A stretch of DNA of 64,000 bases from Amoebophrya sp. A120 (Eukaryota; Protista; Dinoflagellata), in assembly GCA_905178155.1 (NCBI GenBank), contig CAJINV010000007.1, positions 2,771,151-2,835,150 of the forward strand, given 5' to 3'. Positions within the stretch are counted from its first letter, which is position 1; every line of letters begins with the position of its first letter. Shown one piece after another: positions 34,057 to 46,300 of the stretch. The notes under the pieces are model-generated. The model worked only from the letters and a program-made list of their open reading frames with translations. It was not told where the DNA came from and searched no databases. A program made the position numbers and the translations under genes.

Positions 34057-37000
34057 TCTACAGATGGCGTCTCGAAGAAAAGTAGCTTGCTACACAAACT
34101 ACACAAAGCAAGAAAACTATTCTTACGGCTGGCGAAAACTCGATGTTATAATACGAATTATTCTCGATGCTTTTCAACTAAATTTTTACCGAAAATACCC
34201 CCCCAAAAGAACCCCCCACGAAAAGAGCCACAGCTTGGCGATGATGCACCAACGACTACGAGTCAGTTTGAAAAAGATGAATGCGCGTTCGACAACAGGG
34301 CTGACATCTTGAATCAAGATTCATCATCATTAATCGATATGGATGATTTATTATTGAATCTCGATAAGAATGAAAATGATATTTGTACCAATGATGCAGC
34401 TGGTCCAGCGGGACAGCTGAGAGGAAAACGAAAACGAACAGAGCTGGAGCTGGTTGAGCAGTTTGCAACTCCTGAGATGGCAAATTTGATACAACAAGTC
34501 CAGGCTCTTGAGTCGACCGATCGCGAAATCAGAAAGATTTTATATCCTCGATCTCATGCTTCGGATGCGTCCAAAACCGAACGAGTTGAAAAATGCAATC
34601 TGTCAATAGATGCAGTATTTTCGATCGCAACAAAAGAAAGCGAGCAAAATCATTCGCCCGAGTACACAGCAAGAAAGCTCGCACACCTCTACAGCGTTCG
34701 CGAATCAGTATTGAGGAAGGTGCGCGAGGCGAACGATGCGTATCGGAATGAAAAGGACGAGCAGCACCGAAATCATGAAACAGCTTTTAATTGTGTCGAT
34801 GATGCAATTTGCGACAGTGGCGCAACAAGTCACATGTCGGGCCGACCAGAGATTTTCGAATCTTGGGACGAAAGTAATCCAGTGCGAATAACTGTAGCAG
34901 ACGGAAAGGAGTTGGATGGCCCTGGATATTTTGGCACATTGAAACCAAACGCACTTGGTTGCAAACGTGCAACATTCCATCCATTCCTTCCACAGACTCT
35001 CCTCAGTGTCGAACAACTTAAGAAAGAAGGATACAGGGTTGCTTTCGACGAAGGGGGCAACTACTTGCAAAGTAGGAAAACAGGAAAGAGAACTTTTCTC
35101 CACAAAGGGATCGGAACCAAGCTGCCGGCCGTGGCACTTGGGTTCAACGAAGATCCTGGCGAGCAAGGTTTGTTGTGCGAAGAGATCGAGACCGAGGCTA
35201 CCATGATGACAAAGGCTGAGAAAATGCTTCTTGATCATCAGCGTGCTGGACATCGTAGTCTACCTGGAATAGTAGTCCGATGCCCTGCCTGCGATCTCGC
35301 GAAAAGCAAAGGCGCGCAACATGCAAAAGTAAAGAAAGAATGCTACAAAGTTGAGAAATTCACTGACCAAGTTGATTTTGACTTCACTGGACCTTGGGAA
35401 CCTGACTACTGGTCGCAAAGATGGGCTTTGAATGCCATCGATCAAGCAACCAGCTGGCCTCGTTCTTTCATCTGCAAAAGCAAAGCAGAAGCAGGCGCGA
35501 AACTGCAGGTCTGGATAAATGAAGAGGGACCACCGAAAAGAGTGAGATCCGACAACGCGAAAGAGTTCAAGGAGCCAAATAGCACTTGGAAAAAGACAGC
35601 ACAGACACAGTCCCCGCCGATTCATACTGACTCTTCAGCCCCATATGAGCCGCAAGAGAATGGGAAAGTTGAAAGATACAACCAAACTCACCAAAACGGA
35701 GTAAGAGCTATGATGGTCGGAGTTGATAAACGTATGTGGAGTTATGCAGCTCGCACTTTCTCACACATATTCGCCCGAACCCCGACAGCCAAAGGAGGCG
35801 AGTCGCCATATGAAAAACGCTTCAAAAGAAAACCTTCCATCAAGTACCTCCGACGGTTCGGAAGCTTGGTCTACGCGAAGGATCACTCACAGAAGTCGAA
35901 GCTTGAAGACCGGTTTACCCGTGGAATCTTTCTGGGCTACGCTCAAGAAAATTCTACATACCTGGTAGGCATGTGGTCTGCAGATGGTCGACGTAAGAAA
36001 AGCTCCAAAATCCGTTTCGGAGTTCACGAAGTGAAATGTTGTAAGTTTGATGAATCAGCGCTGGTCAGCAAAATAGATGATCTAAAGCCGGACGCTGACA
36101 AGCTGACGACTGATTTTCCGAATCCGGCGCGTCTGGGTGATAGTTCACAGCTCGAAGAGCCGAATGCGCCCGCTGCAGATCGCGATCAAAGCAGTCGTGG
36201 TCAGGACGCTCCGAGGACCGATCGTTCGAAAGATGAAGAAGATGCGGACAAGCGCAATTCCGATAATGCAAAGGATAACGTCCAAAATGACGAGGGCAAG
36301 AGTTTCGAAGGGGGTGAGCAACCTGAGGAAGGGGGTAAGGAAAAGCAAAACCCTAATCAGGTTTGGCTCGATATGTTTTCAGATGAGGCGCCTGAGAACT
36401 CCCCGGAACAGAAAGCAAAAGCTGAGAATGGAAATCGGAAAAGAAAGTCGAATACAGTTGATGCTGATGCTGCAGATAATGAGACACAAAAAGCGCCTAG
36501 GATCCTCGTTGAAGGACCTACACGAAAGAAACTTCGTAAGAAGGGCCGAGGCCAGGACAAAAAGAAGCGCAAAGAACGCAACGACAAAGGCAAGAGTCGT
36601 GGTCCTCGAGCTAAGAAAAGACAAAAAGCCAACCTTGTGTCGTCATCTGACTTACTGAAAGATTTACCAATGGAATTTGAAAAAGAAGCAGAGGCTATAT
36701 TCCAGATTCGTCATGAATTAGAGGAAGACGAAACTCCTTACCTCTTTGGCTTGCAGCACACTTGGGCCAAGCGTCTGGAAAGTCCTGACGCAATCAAATG
36801 GATCGAGTCAGATACAAAAGAACGCCTAGCGCTAGAAGAAACGAAAACGTGGAGGCATGCAACCGCAGAAGACATCAAAGAGATGGGCGATAAGTTAGAA
36901 ACTATCCCGACGGTTTGCATCTACACGAAGAAAAGAGACGGACGCTACAAGTGTCGTCTAGTAGCACTAGGAAACAGGCAAAGGCTATCTCTACAAGGAG

Positions 37001-38435
37001 AAATATACAGCCCAACTGTGAGCCATGCCGCAAACAGGTATTTACTTGCTGAAGCAGCAGCACACGGATGGAAAGTTAGACAGTTCGATACTTCCAATGC
37101 GTTTGTGCGTGCAGGTCTAGGTGACGAGATCGCGTTATGTCGCCTGCCCAAGCATAACGGCTGGAGCAAGAACAAAGAAAAAGGCGATGTTGTCAGGCTG
37201 TTAAAGTCGTTATACGGTCTGAAGATCAGCCCACGCCGCTGGTATGACGAATATGCTGGCAAACTCAAGAAGTTAGGCTGGGTTGTATCCGAACACGAAC
37301 CAGGTTTGTTCAAGAAATTTGCAAAAGACAAACAGGGAAAAGAGCAAGAACTCTGGCTAGCAGTTTACGTAGATGACAACATCACCACAGGTGAAGACGA
37401 TGACCTCGTCGCTGCAGAAATGAATGCAATTTTAGCAGAGTTCCCAGGAAAAGAAATTCTCGCAGAATATGACAAAGAAGGCAATGAGATCCACGACCTT
37501 CTAGGCGCAAAGTTGATCTTCAATGCGAAAAAGAGAGTCATGAAAATCACTTGCGAAGATGCAATTGATAAGCTGCTTGAGAAATTTCACATGAAGGACT
37601 GCCATGCAGTAGCTTCCCCATGTTTACCAAATTCCCATGCAGACTTGGACTCGCCGTCGAATTCCACACTTCCGATAAGATCGCTAGTTGGTGGAATGTT
37701 GTATCTCAGTTGCGTTGCCCGGCCTGATATCGCATTCGCAATACAGAAAGTAGCGACGCAGGTAGCTAGTCCAACCGACCAAACGGCAAAAGATGCCAAG
37801 CGTATTCTAGCGCATTTGAAAGGAACCAAATCGAACCAAATCGCAAGGATTAGAATACAACAAGCAACAAGAAAAGAAATTCAAAGAAATTTACACAAAA
37901 GCCGCAGAGCTAGAAAACAAGGAATCAATACAGAGACGCCATTGCGTTCTGCGATGCAGATTTCGCTGGATGTTCTGTAAGTTTCCGATCCACGTCCGGC
38001 GCAATCTTATATCGACGCGGAGTTCCTATTTGTTGGAAGTCGAAACATCAATCGACTCGAGCTACGTCAACAATGGAAGCCGAGTACTGCGCGATGTATG
38101 ACTGCGTAAGGATGACGATGGACCAAGGATATTTGAACTGGTTTCCAGAACAGGAGTCAGGATCTCTACCGTTGATCTTCAACGACAACAAGTCCGCGCT
38201 TGCGTTGAGTCAGACATCCGTAGCCACGAAAAGATCCAAGCACATGAGTCTTCGACTACATCTGGCACGAGACTACGGAAAAGACTTGTGTTATATTAAC
38301 ACGGATATCAATCTAGCGGATGGATTGACGAAACCACTTCCAGGAGAGAAATACATTCAAATCTTCAAAGCTCCGTCAAGAAAAGCTAATGAAGTATTTG
38401 CGAAAGCTCATTTTGTCGATTTCAGTAATCTCTAG
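34057..38435 (+). pseudogene. pol: Copia pol (protease, integrase, RT, RNase H), frameshifted before RNase H
   Basis: Protease AICDSGATSHM. Integrase HQRAGH...CPAC, DFTGP...RSDNAKEF...ENGKVER. RT YKCRLVALG, FDTSNAF, LKSLYGLK, VYVDD. RNase H FCDADFAG...MEAEY...NDNKSAL...NLADGLTK lies in another frame. A 10-bp tandem duplication GAACCAAATC sits at 37823-37842. Confidence 0.93.
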
Positions 38436-38509
38436 GATTTATTGATGCGAATTTCACAAGAATTCACCACATCAAAGATTTCTCGAGATGATTTCATGTT
38501 CATTGATTC

Positions 38510-38520
38510 GGAAGGGGGAA
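38510..38520 (+). other. Polypurine tract
   Basis: GGAAGGGGGAA abuts the 3' LTR. Confidence 0.9.
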
Positions 38521-38885
38521 TGTAGGCATGATCAAGAAACACGACGTAAATCGATCTTGACAACCAACCCGATTCCGCAATGCAAAATTGAAATCACGAT
38601 GTAAATCAAGATGAACTGATGATGATTCAAAATGAGGTCTAACCGAAATCACGATGTAAATTTGATGGCGATGATCAACGATTGTTGATCTGATTTTAGT
38701 GGCGGTTCGAGTCTGAATTTGAAGCACCCCAAAACTTGAATGTTTACCCGCAGGCTGTACGTTAGTACCATTCAGATTGATTGCAACTTGAAACGCCTTC
38801 AAACAGGGCCTATTTACACCTTCACTCAAAGATGACCAGTGTTCAAATCGCCCGCGTTTCTTGCGTTGTTGATTGTCTTCCGACA
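38521..38885 (+). repeat. 3' LTR (365 bp)
   Basis: Direct repeat of 31743-32116 with about a dozen substitutions and one ~9-bp indel (counted by eye). Confidence 0.96.
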
Positions 38886-38914
38886 CAAACAAACAAACAA
38901 ACAAACAAACAAAC
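38886..38914 (+). repeat. (CAAA)n microsatellite at the copia insertion site
   Basis: Seven CAAA units lie right of the element, and more lie at about 31707-31742 on the left. Confidence 0.9.
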
Positions 38915-38989
38915 AACACACGGGTGAATTTGATAAATATGTAGAATCGCACAGTCCCTTTCCCTGCTCAAGGCCCAGCCGTAACACAG

Positions 38990-41848
38990 TCACACATCCG
39001 TCGGTCGGTTGCTGTAGTCGTCGCTCGTTTGCGGCATGCAGAAGCCCAGACGGTGCGCAGAAGACTCTCGCGAGGAATCAGTTCGCGTTCGTCTGCCGAC
39101 AATCACCGCAGCGCCTTCAAGGTCACTCCCAACCAGGCAGTCGGGAGACCACGACCAGGCTCCGTCGTCTTTGTGTCGGTAGATCGCATACAGTTTGCCC
39201 TTGCGCGATCTTTTGCTTTTCGCTATCGCCGAACCGCTACCACAACGGTCGTGTAGTACCGCACGAGTATTGTCATCTTCTCCCTCATGCGGCCCCTTTC
39301 GGAATGCGTGCTCGAACAGGAGGCGTGTGTGTTCCTTCAAGTTCTTCAGCGTCAGTGGGAACACTCCCGGGGGCAGAGATTGCGTCGAACCGGAACTCGA
39401 GTAGTTGATCCTTCTGGATCTGGAATTGGTATCGGACCTCTCGTCTGAAGCCGAATCTGGCCCGGTTGAGGTGCTTGCGTTTTGAATCACGCGCATGTCG
39501 CCGGTACGAGGCCCCTTGGTGCCGCGGTAGCGATGCAGCGTACCCGGTCGCGAACGTCTTTTATCTACTGCGGGTGGTCGTGGTGATAGTCTGCGCCCCA
39601 CGGGGTGTTGTGCGTCGTCTACTAGTTCCAGACTCGGTTTGGCCTGCCATCGCTTAGATTGAATGGTGCGGCTCGGTTCTGGCGTAGAAGATGAAGATGG
39701 GGCCGACCAGGCTAACGTCCCCGATGCAGTCGCGCTGCACGAAGTTCCGCACAGTGGTCCTTGTCCTTCATGCTGCCGGTCATCGCGACTCCGCCAGTCG
39801 CCTAGCGAGCCTGTTGCCTGGGCCTGCCGCAATCTTGTTCCTACCCCCTGCTCCTCCTGCTCCACGTGGTTCCCGTTCCGTTCATCTTCACCAGATGAAA
39901 TAAACTCAATATCTTCAACTGACTGAATGTATCGAGCACCCGGCGGCTGGTCTTTTCGGTTTTTGTTTTTTTCTCGGAGATTTCGCACTAAGTATCGCTC
40001 CGCTGCAAATCTCGAATCTGTCCCGGGATCAAGTGCGGGGAAATCCAGCGGTTGCAGACCCTCTACTCTGTGCAGGGCCTGAAGAGCAGCGGCTTCGTTG
40101 GTATCCATTTTTAGGAAAGCCCGCTTGTAGTGCTGGAATTCAGGAACTGAAACACAGATGTTAAAATCTAGCAGGGAAAAAAAGGCCCACTCCAATTTGT
40201 TTAACTCTTTCAACGGCACTCCCCCGATTAAGGCATATCGTTTGTTGGAGTTGAATCGGTCGTCCCAATACTTCGAAGCCAGTGTGATTGCGGCAAGCCA
40301 AAAACGGTAGATGTTTGCATTGTTCAGGCGGTGGCTCCGATGTTTTCCGGGAGGGTCGACGCTCGTCAGCGACGCCCGCAGTCGGTCAAGATAGATGTAC
40401 GCGATAACGTAGCTTTCCGCACTCGCGTCGAAGTAATTGTGGAACCGCGCAAAATACTCGCTCAGAGGCATCGACGTCGGGCTCGTTAAGTAAAACATGT
40501 TGAGTCGCTTGTCCTCGCAATATTTCGGCCTGCGATAAATGCCGTGCTTCGGGTCATGAGTTTCGGTGTAGTAACTAACGTTGCGCCAATAAAGGTCCGG
40601 CTGAATCAAGTCCAGCGTTAGCGAGTCCTGCATTTCCATGGGCAGGGTGATCTTCTGCAGCGCGCTTGCGACGTTGCGAACCAAACGGCCATCCTCTGCA
40701 TCAGCTGCTTCGTAAAGACTTTGCATCAGCTGCTTCGCCTCGTCTGACTGCTGCATCTTCAGCTGCTTGTCCTTCAGGTTCAGCTGCTTCAGCTGCATCA
40801 GCAGCTTCGCCTCGTCTGACTTTAACTTTCCAACCTCTGCCAAGGGATCGTCGTACCGTCCCGTTGCCGCAGGCTGAAAAGGCCGATCCAGCTGTCCCAG
40901 ATGGTTGTAGCAGGGAACCTGGCCCGGACAACATTCCACGTCCGTCTCCGCGTTCGCGTCATCAAACGAAGCAAGCGACACTACAGCGTTCGCACTGCCG
41001 GCTTCGGCCGCTGCGCCCCGCCGAATATCAGGTTGGACAACACCACCGCAACCTAACAGGCCGTCAGAGGCTAGAGAAGCATCGGAGGGGCAATTCTTTT
41101 GTGGCGCCGCCACGGCTGCGGATGTCGTGCCTTCCCTGCAGCCTTGAAGTTGTGGACAAGATCTAGAAGTGCTGCGGGTGGTGCCGAAGTGTTGTAGTTC
41201 CGGCGTTTCTTCACTAGCTACACCCGCACTGATCATCCCTCCCCGTTCTTGATGAGCACGCGACTCAAAAGCGCGACAAGTGGACGATGCCTTCTCCTGC
41301 TCTGGTGGTGGTGGATGCGCATGCACAGCCCCCGGTGAGTTCGGCCCGTTTTTCGTGGCATCTTTGTAATGCTTGTCTTGCCGGTCACACGCGGAGCAAA
41401 GATTTCGCAGCGATTCACGGGTGACGCCATGTACTGCGTCCTGCTGGTGTACGCCATGGGGTGACGGCGGTGGGTCGCATTCACGGGTGACACCATGTAC
41501 CGCGTCCTGCTGTGGCACGAATGCTCTGTTGTCCCGGAGGTCGCACCAACTACTACCAGAAGATGCACCTTGCGCTTGCCATGTTTTTTCATCCGCGCCC
41601 GCTGCGATGTCGGGTCGCGAACGAGCGCGCGGGGCCATCTTCCCGTCCGGAGAGAAGTCGTCGGGGATGACCGGCGGCGCGCGGCCCTCTGCGTCCGCAT
41701 GAGCTGCTGCATCCGGGTCGTCGAACGGAGCCGACGGCGCCAGCTGTCGTGCATCCTCCGGACTGAAGTCACGCGGCGGCGTCACACGCACCGTTCCGGC
41801 TTGCGTAACAGAAGCGGCAAGAAAGATAGAGAGGCAGCAAAGCCTCAT
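38990..41848 (-). CDS. P/U-type (PHO80-like) cyclin-domain protein with a putative N-terminal signal peptide, intronless
   Basis: Cyclin box PLSEYFARFHNY...SYVIAYIYLDRL...NIYRFWLAAITLASKYWDDRFNSNKRYALIGGVPLKELNKLEWAFFSLLDFNI; N-terminus MRLCCLSIFLAASVTQA. Confidence 0.88.
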   Translation of the reverse strand: MRLCCLSIFLAASVTQAGTVRVTPPRDFSPEDARQLAPSAPFDDPDAAAHADAEGRAPPVIPDDFSPDGKMAPRARSRPDIAAGADEKTWQAQGASSGSSWCDLRDNRAFVPQQDAVHGVTRECDPPPSPHGVHQQDAVHGVTRESLRNLCSACDRQDKHYKDATKNGPNSPGAVHAHPPPPEQEKASSTCRAFESRAHQERGGMISAGVASEETPELQHFGTTRSTSRSCPQLQGCREGTTSAAVAAPQKNCPSDASLASDGLLGCGGVVQPDIRRGAAAEAGSANAVVSLASFDDANAETDVECCPGQVPCYNHLGQLDRPFQPAATGRYDDPLAEVGKLKSDEAKLLMQLKQLNLKDKQLKMQQSDEAKQLMQSLYEAADAEDGRLVRNVASALQKITLPMEMQDSLTLDLIQPDLYWRNVSYYTETHDPKHGIYRRPKYCEDKRLNMFYLTSPTSMPLSEYFARFHNYFDASAESYVIAYIYLDRLRASLTSVDPPGKHRSHRLNNANIYRFWLAAITLASKYWDDRFNSNKRYALIGGVPLKELNKLEWAFFSLLDFNICVSVPEFQHYKRAFLKMDTNEAAALQALHRVEGLQPLDFPALDPGTDSRFAAERYLVRNLREKNKNRKDQPPGARYIQSVEDIEFISSGEDERNGNHVEQEEQGVGTRLRQAQATGSLGDWRSRDDRQHEGQGPLCGTSCSATASGTLAWSAPSSSSTPEPSRTIQSKRWQAKPSLELVDDAQHPVGRRLSPRPPAVDKRRSRPGTLHRYRGTKGPRTGDMRVIQNASTSTGPDSASDERSDTNSRSRRINYSSSGSTQSLPPGVFPLTLKNLKEHTRLLFEHAFRKGPHEGEDDNTRAVLHDRCGSGSAIAKSKRSRKGKLYAIYRHKDDGAWSWSPDCLVGSDLEGAAVIVGRRTRTDSSRESSAHRLGFCMPQTSDDYSNRPTDV

Positions 41849-43337
41849 CGTCGGAAATGGTTTTTAGCTGCAGGAGAAACAAGTTTAGGCTTTAATCGAG
41901 CACAAATTCGTACAAATATGTTTGAGCAAGAAATAGGTAAAACCAATTAAAAGAATAAATGTAAACGCGTAAAAAAATATAAAGAAGTACGTAAGCTTAG
42001 CCTGGGGTGGTCGTACTTAAGTACACAAGGAATATCACGGGTAAAGAGGACGCTTGGGCTCCTTCCTACGATGCCTATTGCTACTGAATGAACCTTGTAA
42101 AAACTGAACCAATGTCAATGTACAATGTCGCGTGAATATTCTCGAAAAATATCACCTCTAGCTCAACAAGGTCGGACGACCAGTGTTGAAGGTTATGACT
42201 AGTCTGAATCATCAACTTTAGGATGTGTGGGGAGAGAAACAATGTTTATTCGCGCCTCACAGCTTCCCCCAGACTCTTCCCCGCGCCGCGCCATGTTCCA
42301 TATCGTAGTGGCCCGCTAGCGACGGGGGGTGCGGGCCGACGGTAGTAGCGTCGGGTTGCAAGTACTTAGTTTTAGTTAGTGATAGCGGTTGCGAATAATC
42401 ATAATAAGTTAATATTATTATTATTTTTATATTATAAAAATAGCATCTCACAATAAATTTTCAATGTCTTAGAGCCGTCTCTTCTTTTTTGTCCCTGTCG
42501 TGGAAGTTTGGAATTGGAAGGCCGTTACAAACACAACTTCGCCAATTAATTTCACCGTTTTACTTTTGAATTCGTGGAAGCTGAAGCGTGACTTTTGCCG
42601 GTATTGCTATTGTTGCCAAAAACATGAACATGACGATCATACGGAAAATGGACTAAACTCCGTCGCCGCAAGAAAACGCACCAATTCATAAGAATGAAGT
42701 AAAGCCGAGGCTCCTCCTGTACTAGTTCTACTCGCCTAGCTAAGATCCCTTTTTGCATCTTAACACCAGCTACGGTGCGTGATCTTCATCGCAATCGAAG
42801 CCAAGCTCGTCGGAATAAAGCACTGGAATAAACACAAAGAGAGCAAAGTTGAAGTTGAAGCTGAACTTGAACATCAACATCTTGCGAACAACTTGGGCAG
42901 CGCCGCACACTGGAACTACTCCACGACCTGTCCAGTTCTTTCAATTTAGATTTAGGCTCACATCGTCATGCCGTCGCACTGACATTTACAGGTACGGCGT
43001 TCTGCCCTGCTTCAGTTTCTGGTCAGTCTAATGAATTTCCGCAAAAAAAGTTTCGCTCACCCAATAAGACACTAAACAAACGGAGGTGATGTCCACCAAG
43101 TACGCGGATAGTGTTCTATTCCATTTCAAATGAGTAATTGCAAAGAAAAGAAGGAGCACGCACTAGCTACTCGACTACGAAAATACCCGCGAAAGTGCGA
43201 TCGTCCTTTGCGGGGAATAGAACTTCCTACTTGAACGAAACATGCTAGGAAAAATTTCGATCTGTGCGAATCTTTCTCCAGCTGGTGACAGCTACAATAT
43301 GATTATTTTTTTGTCAACATCATAGGAGCACCAACCC

Positions 43338-46300
43338 TTAACTTCCCGGCCCTTCGCCATCGCTGCTGTCCAAATGGGGCGTGTGGGGATTGCTCATCTT
43401 CGCAAGCGCGATGTGCTTGGTAATCCTGGAGGAGCCAAACTGCATTTTCTGTTTCGGTTGCGCCGCGGATGCCATATTAATCCCGCCCACGGCCGCGTCG
43501 CCGACCGCGGTGTTCCCCGCCTTCGCGAAGTTTACGGGAGGTGCGCGTTGCTTTTCGCTCTGCGACTTGATTACGGACTGCATCAGGCTGCGCGACTTTT
43601 CGGACAACGCCTTGGCCCCGAAGGAGACCGTGCCCCCGGCGACTTTCGGCTTCATCATCGCACTTCCCTCCGACCGGGCGCTGCTGCCCACGGACTGCGC
43701 GGAGAGCCTCTCTTTTTTTAGTAAATCGCTGAACGCCGCCGCCTGCTGGGCCAGCTTCACCTTCGGGCCCCACAGCTTTTTCGCCCGGAGCAGTTTCTCG
43801 CGCAGGTTCTTCTGGTCCTCCTCCGCCTTGATCTTCGCCGCCGCCTTCTGCTCCTCGATCTTCTTTCGGCGCTTCGCCCGCAGTTCCTCCGGGGAAAGTT
43901 TTTTCTCGTCCTCCTCCCGACCGGACTCGTTGTCCGAGGAGATATCACTCGTGCCACTTACCTGCTCGCCCGCCAGTTTTTTCTTTTGCCGCCGTTTCTG
44001 CCGCTCGCGCTGCTTGCGCCGTTTCTCGATGTCCTCCTGCAATTTCTGTTTCAGCTCCTCCTCGGTGAGGTCTTGGGGATAAGTCGTTGTTCGTGGTGGG
44101 GTCGTTGCGCTAGTGCCTTCAACAAGAGCAGCACCACGAGGACTTGGGGACGTCCTACCAACATCTGGCGCGGCAACTACGCCCTCGTTTTTACCCTCTT
44201 CTACTATTTCCTCGTCGTCCAACGGCTTCACATTCACAGAGGCCGCAGAAAACTCGTCCAGCGTGTCATTCTGCGACTGACGGGATTCCCGCATTATTTG
44301 TTCACCAGCCTGATCAACAACAGCCTCGTCATTTTTGTCTGGAACCATTTCATCTGCTCCTTCGTTTATTGTCCCTCCAATAAATTCATCCTCGTCCCCA
44401 ACAGTTCCTCGCTGTTCCTCCCGCTCGGCCGCGGAACTCCTTATCGAGGTGAAACTCCCCGGCTGCTGTGTTCTAGAAGCAGCTGATGTTCCCTTTTTCT
44501 CATTTCTCGCGGCCATTTTCTCTTGCGCCGTGAAGGCTGCTTGTCGCGCTTGCTCCAGAATGCTCGGCGCCTGCGCGCTGTGGTCGCCTTCGAGGGATCT
44601 GAATTTGGATTTGTTATTTCCGGAGCTGCTGGTGCTGCCCATGGCAAGCACGGTGTCGTAATTAAAATTATTCGGATTGTTTTTTATCGTTCCTGGTTCC
44701 CCCTTCTCCTCGAGCAGATTACTTCCCACCATCACCTCGCTGTTCGCACCTAAATAGCTAAAGTACTCGCCCACGGAGTCGCCGATTTTATCGGTTCCGG
44801 CGATCAGCCAGCGCAGCTCCTCGTCCAAAGCCGGCCACTGCATCTCCAGCGCGGGGGGTTTTAATGGGTGCAGCGCGCGGTGGGAGGACTGCGAGAGCAT
44901 GTGATTCCACAACAAATCCTGCCCCACGCGGGACCCGCTGGTGTTGGCCGCGTTCTTACTCCTTTGCGCGGCTGTTTTCGAATTCTGGCGGGAGGACCCG
45001 AAGGCTTTCTCAACCATGTAGTTGGCGTTATCGAGCTCGTTTTCCATCACTTGCAGAATCTCCTGGTCGATGTCATACACCGGGAGTTGCAATAATGGAC
45101 TACTGGAGGTGCCTTTCTGTTTCCTTTTCTCTTTCGTCCCTGCTGCGCCGGTAGAACTTGCTGCGCCAGAATCTATTCCCTTGCTATCCTTCTTCAGCTT
45201 GGTTCTACCAGCAGCCGTACTCGCCGTGTCGAACACGCTCGCTTGCAAATCCTCCATGCTCTGCTGAAAGAGGTCCGCGTCCTCGACACTCCACGAGGCT
45301 TCCTGCAATTTCCCCGCGCCCGCGTTGTAGTCTATGGCGCGCTTTTTGAACAGCGCCCGCATATCGTCGGTCAACTTTGCGGACACGTTGGACTCCATGT
45401 TTTCCTCGTCAAGAGGCTTGCTATAGGGACTGGTTTTCAAAAAACTACTCACCTTCTGCAACTCGTCGTCCTCGTTTCTTCCCTTGTTAAGATCTGCTGC
45501 GGAAGAGGGACCGGTGCCCGGAGGGGCAGTGTTCCAGGAATCTGGTCGTGTATTTGATTTCAATTCGTCGAATTCGTGTTAATGAAAATTTCGCATGCTT
45601 GCAAGCCAAGTGGAAAACGAAAACTCACGCACTTGCAATATAGAAGCGGCAAACTCCGCACGGAGGCATCACAAGGAAGGCAGAACGCCGAGATCAACAG
45701 AAGCCCTTGGCGTTGTGAGACTACACTTCTTATAACAACGGAAGAACCAATAGAAACAGTACCATAAGCCTCCAATTTTCGCTTGACCCTCTCCCCCGGC
45801 ATGAGCGTTACCACGGGGGACCTCGACCTGCTCCTGCTCTCCTGGCCCAGCAAGACTTTGACGGCCGACACCTTCTTGGGCGGCTCCGGCCGGTCCTTGC
45901 GCTTTTCGAACGTGGACGCCACGTGTCGGCTGTCGACCACGTCGAGTTTGTATTTTTTCGTTTGCTTGTCGTATTTCGTTTCCAGTTTTTTCCCCGCCAG
46001 CTCCTCCTCCTCCTTCTCCCGCTGCTGTTCCGCGGTTTCTTCGTCCTCCATGTTCAGCAGCAGTTGCATCACATCCTTCTTCAGCGCCCGCTCGATCAGC
46101 GCCTCGCGGGACAGAGACAAAGCTTCCCGCTCCTCGTTTTCTGCCATTTCCGCCACCTGCAGCGGGTTTTTCCGCGAAAAATCCTTCCGCAACGGATTCA
46201 GCAGCAGTTCGTGGCCGTCCTGCCCGTCCTTGCCCTCGGCTAGCAGCGTGTGCGCCTCCTTCACCTTCATCCGCTTCGTTTCCTCGGCCAAGACCGCCAA

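Larger units (their letters stand above)
31743..38885 (+). mobile_element. Full-length, decayed Ty1/copia LTR retrotransposon
   Basis: TG...CA LTRs at both ends, 5-bp TSD CAAAC (31738-31742, 38886-38890), a polypurine tract before the 3' LTR, and domain order PR-IN-RT-RH. Confidence 0.97.

Noticed and set aside
42257-43020. Possible small multi-exon minus-strand gene
   Set aside because: Short GC-rich exon-like patches exist, but I could not build a consistent spliced ORF.
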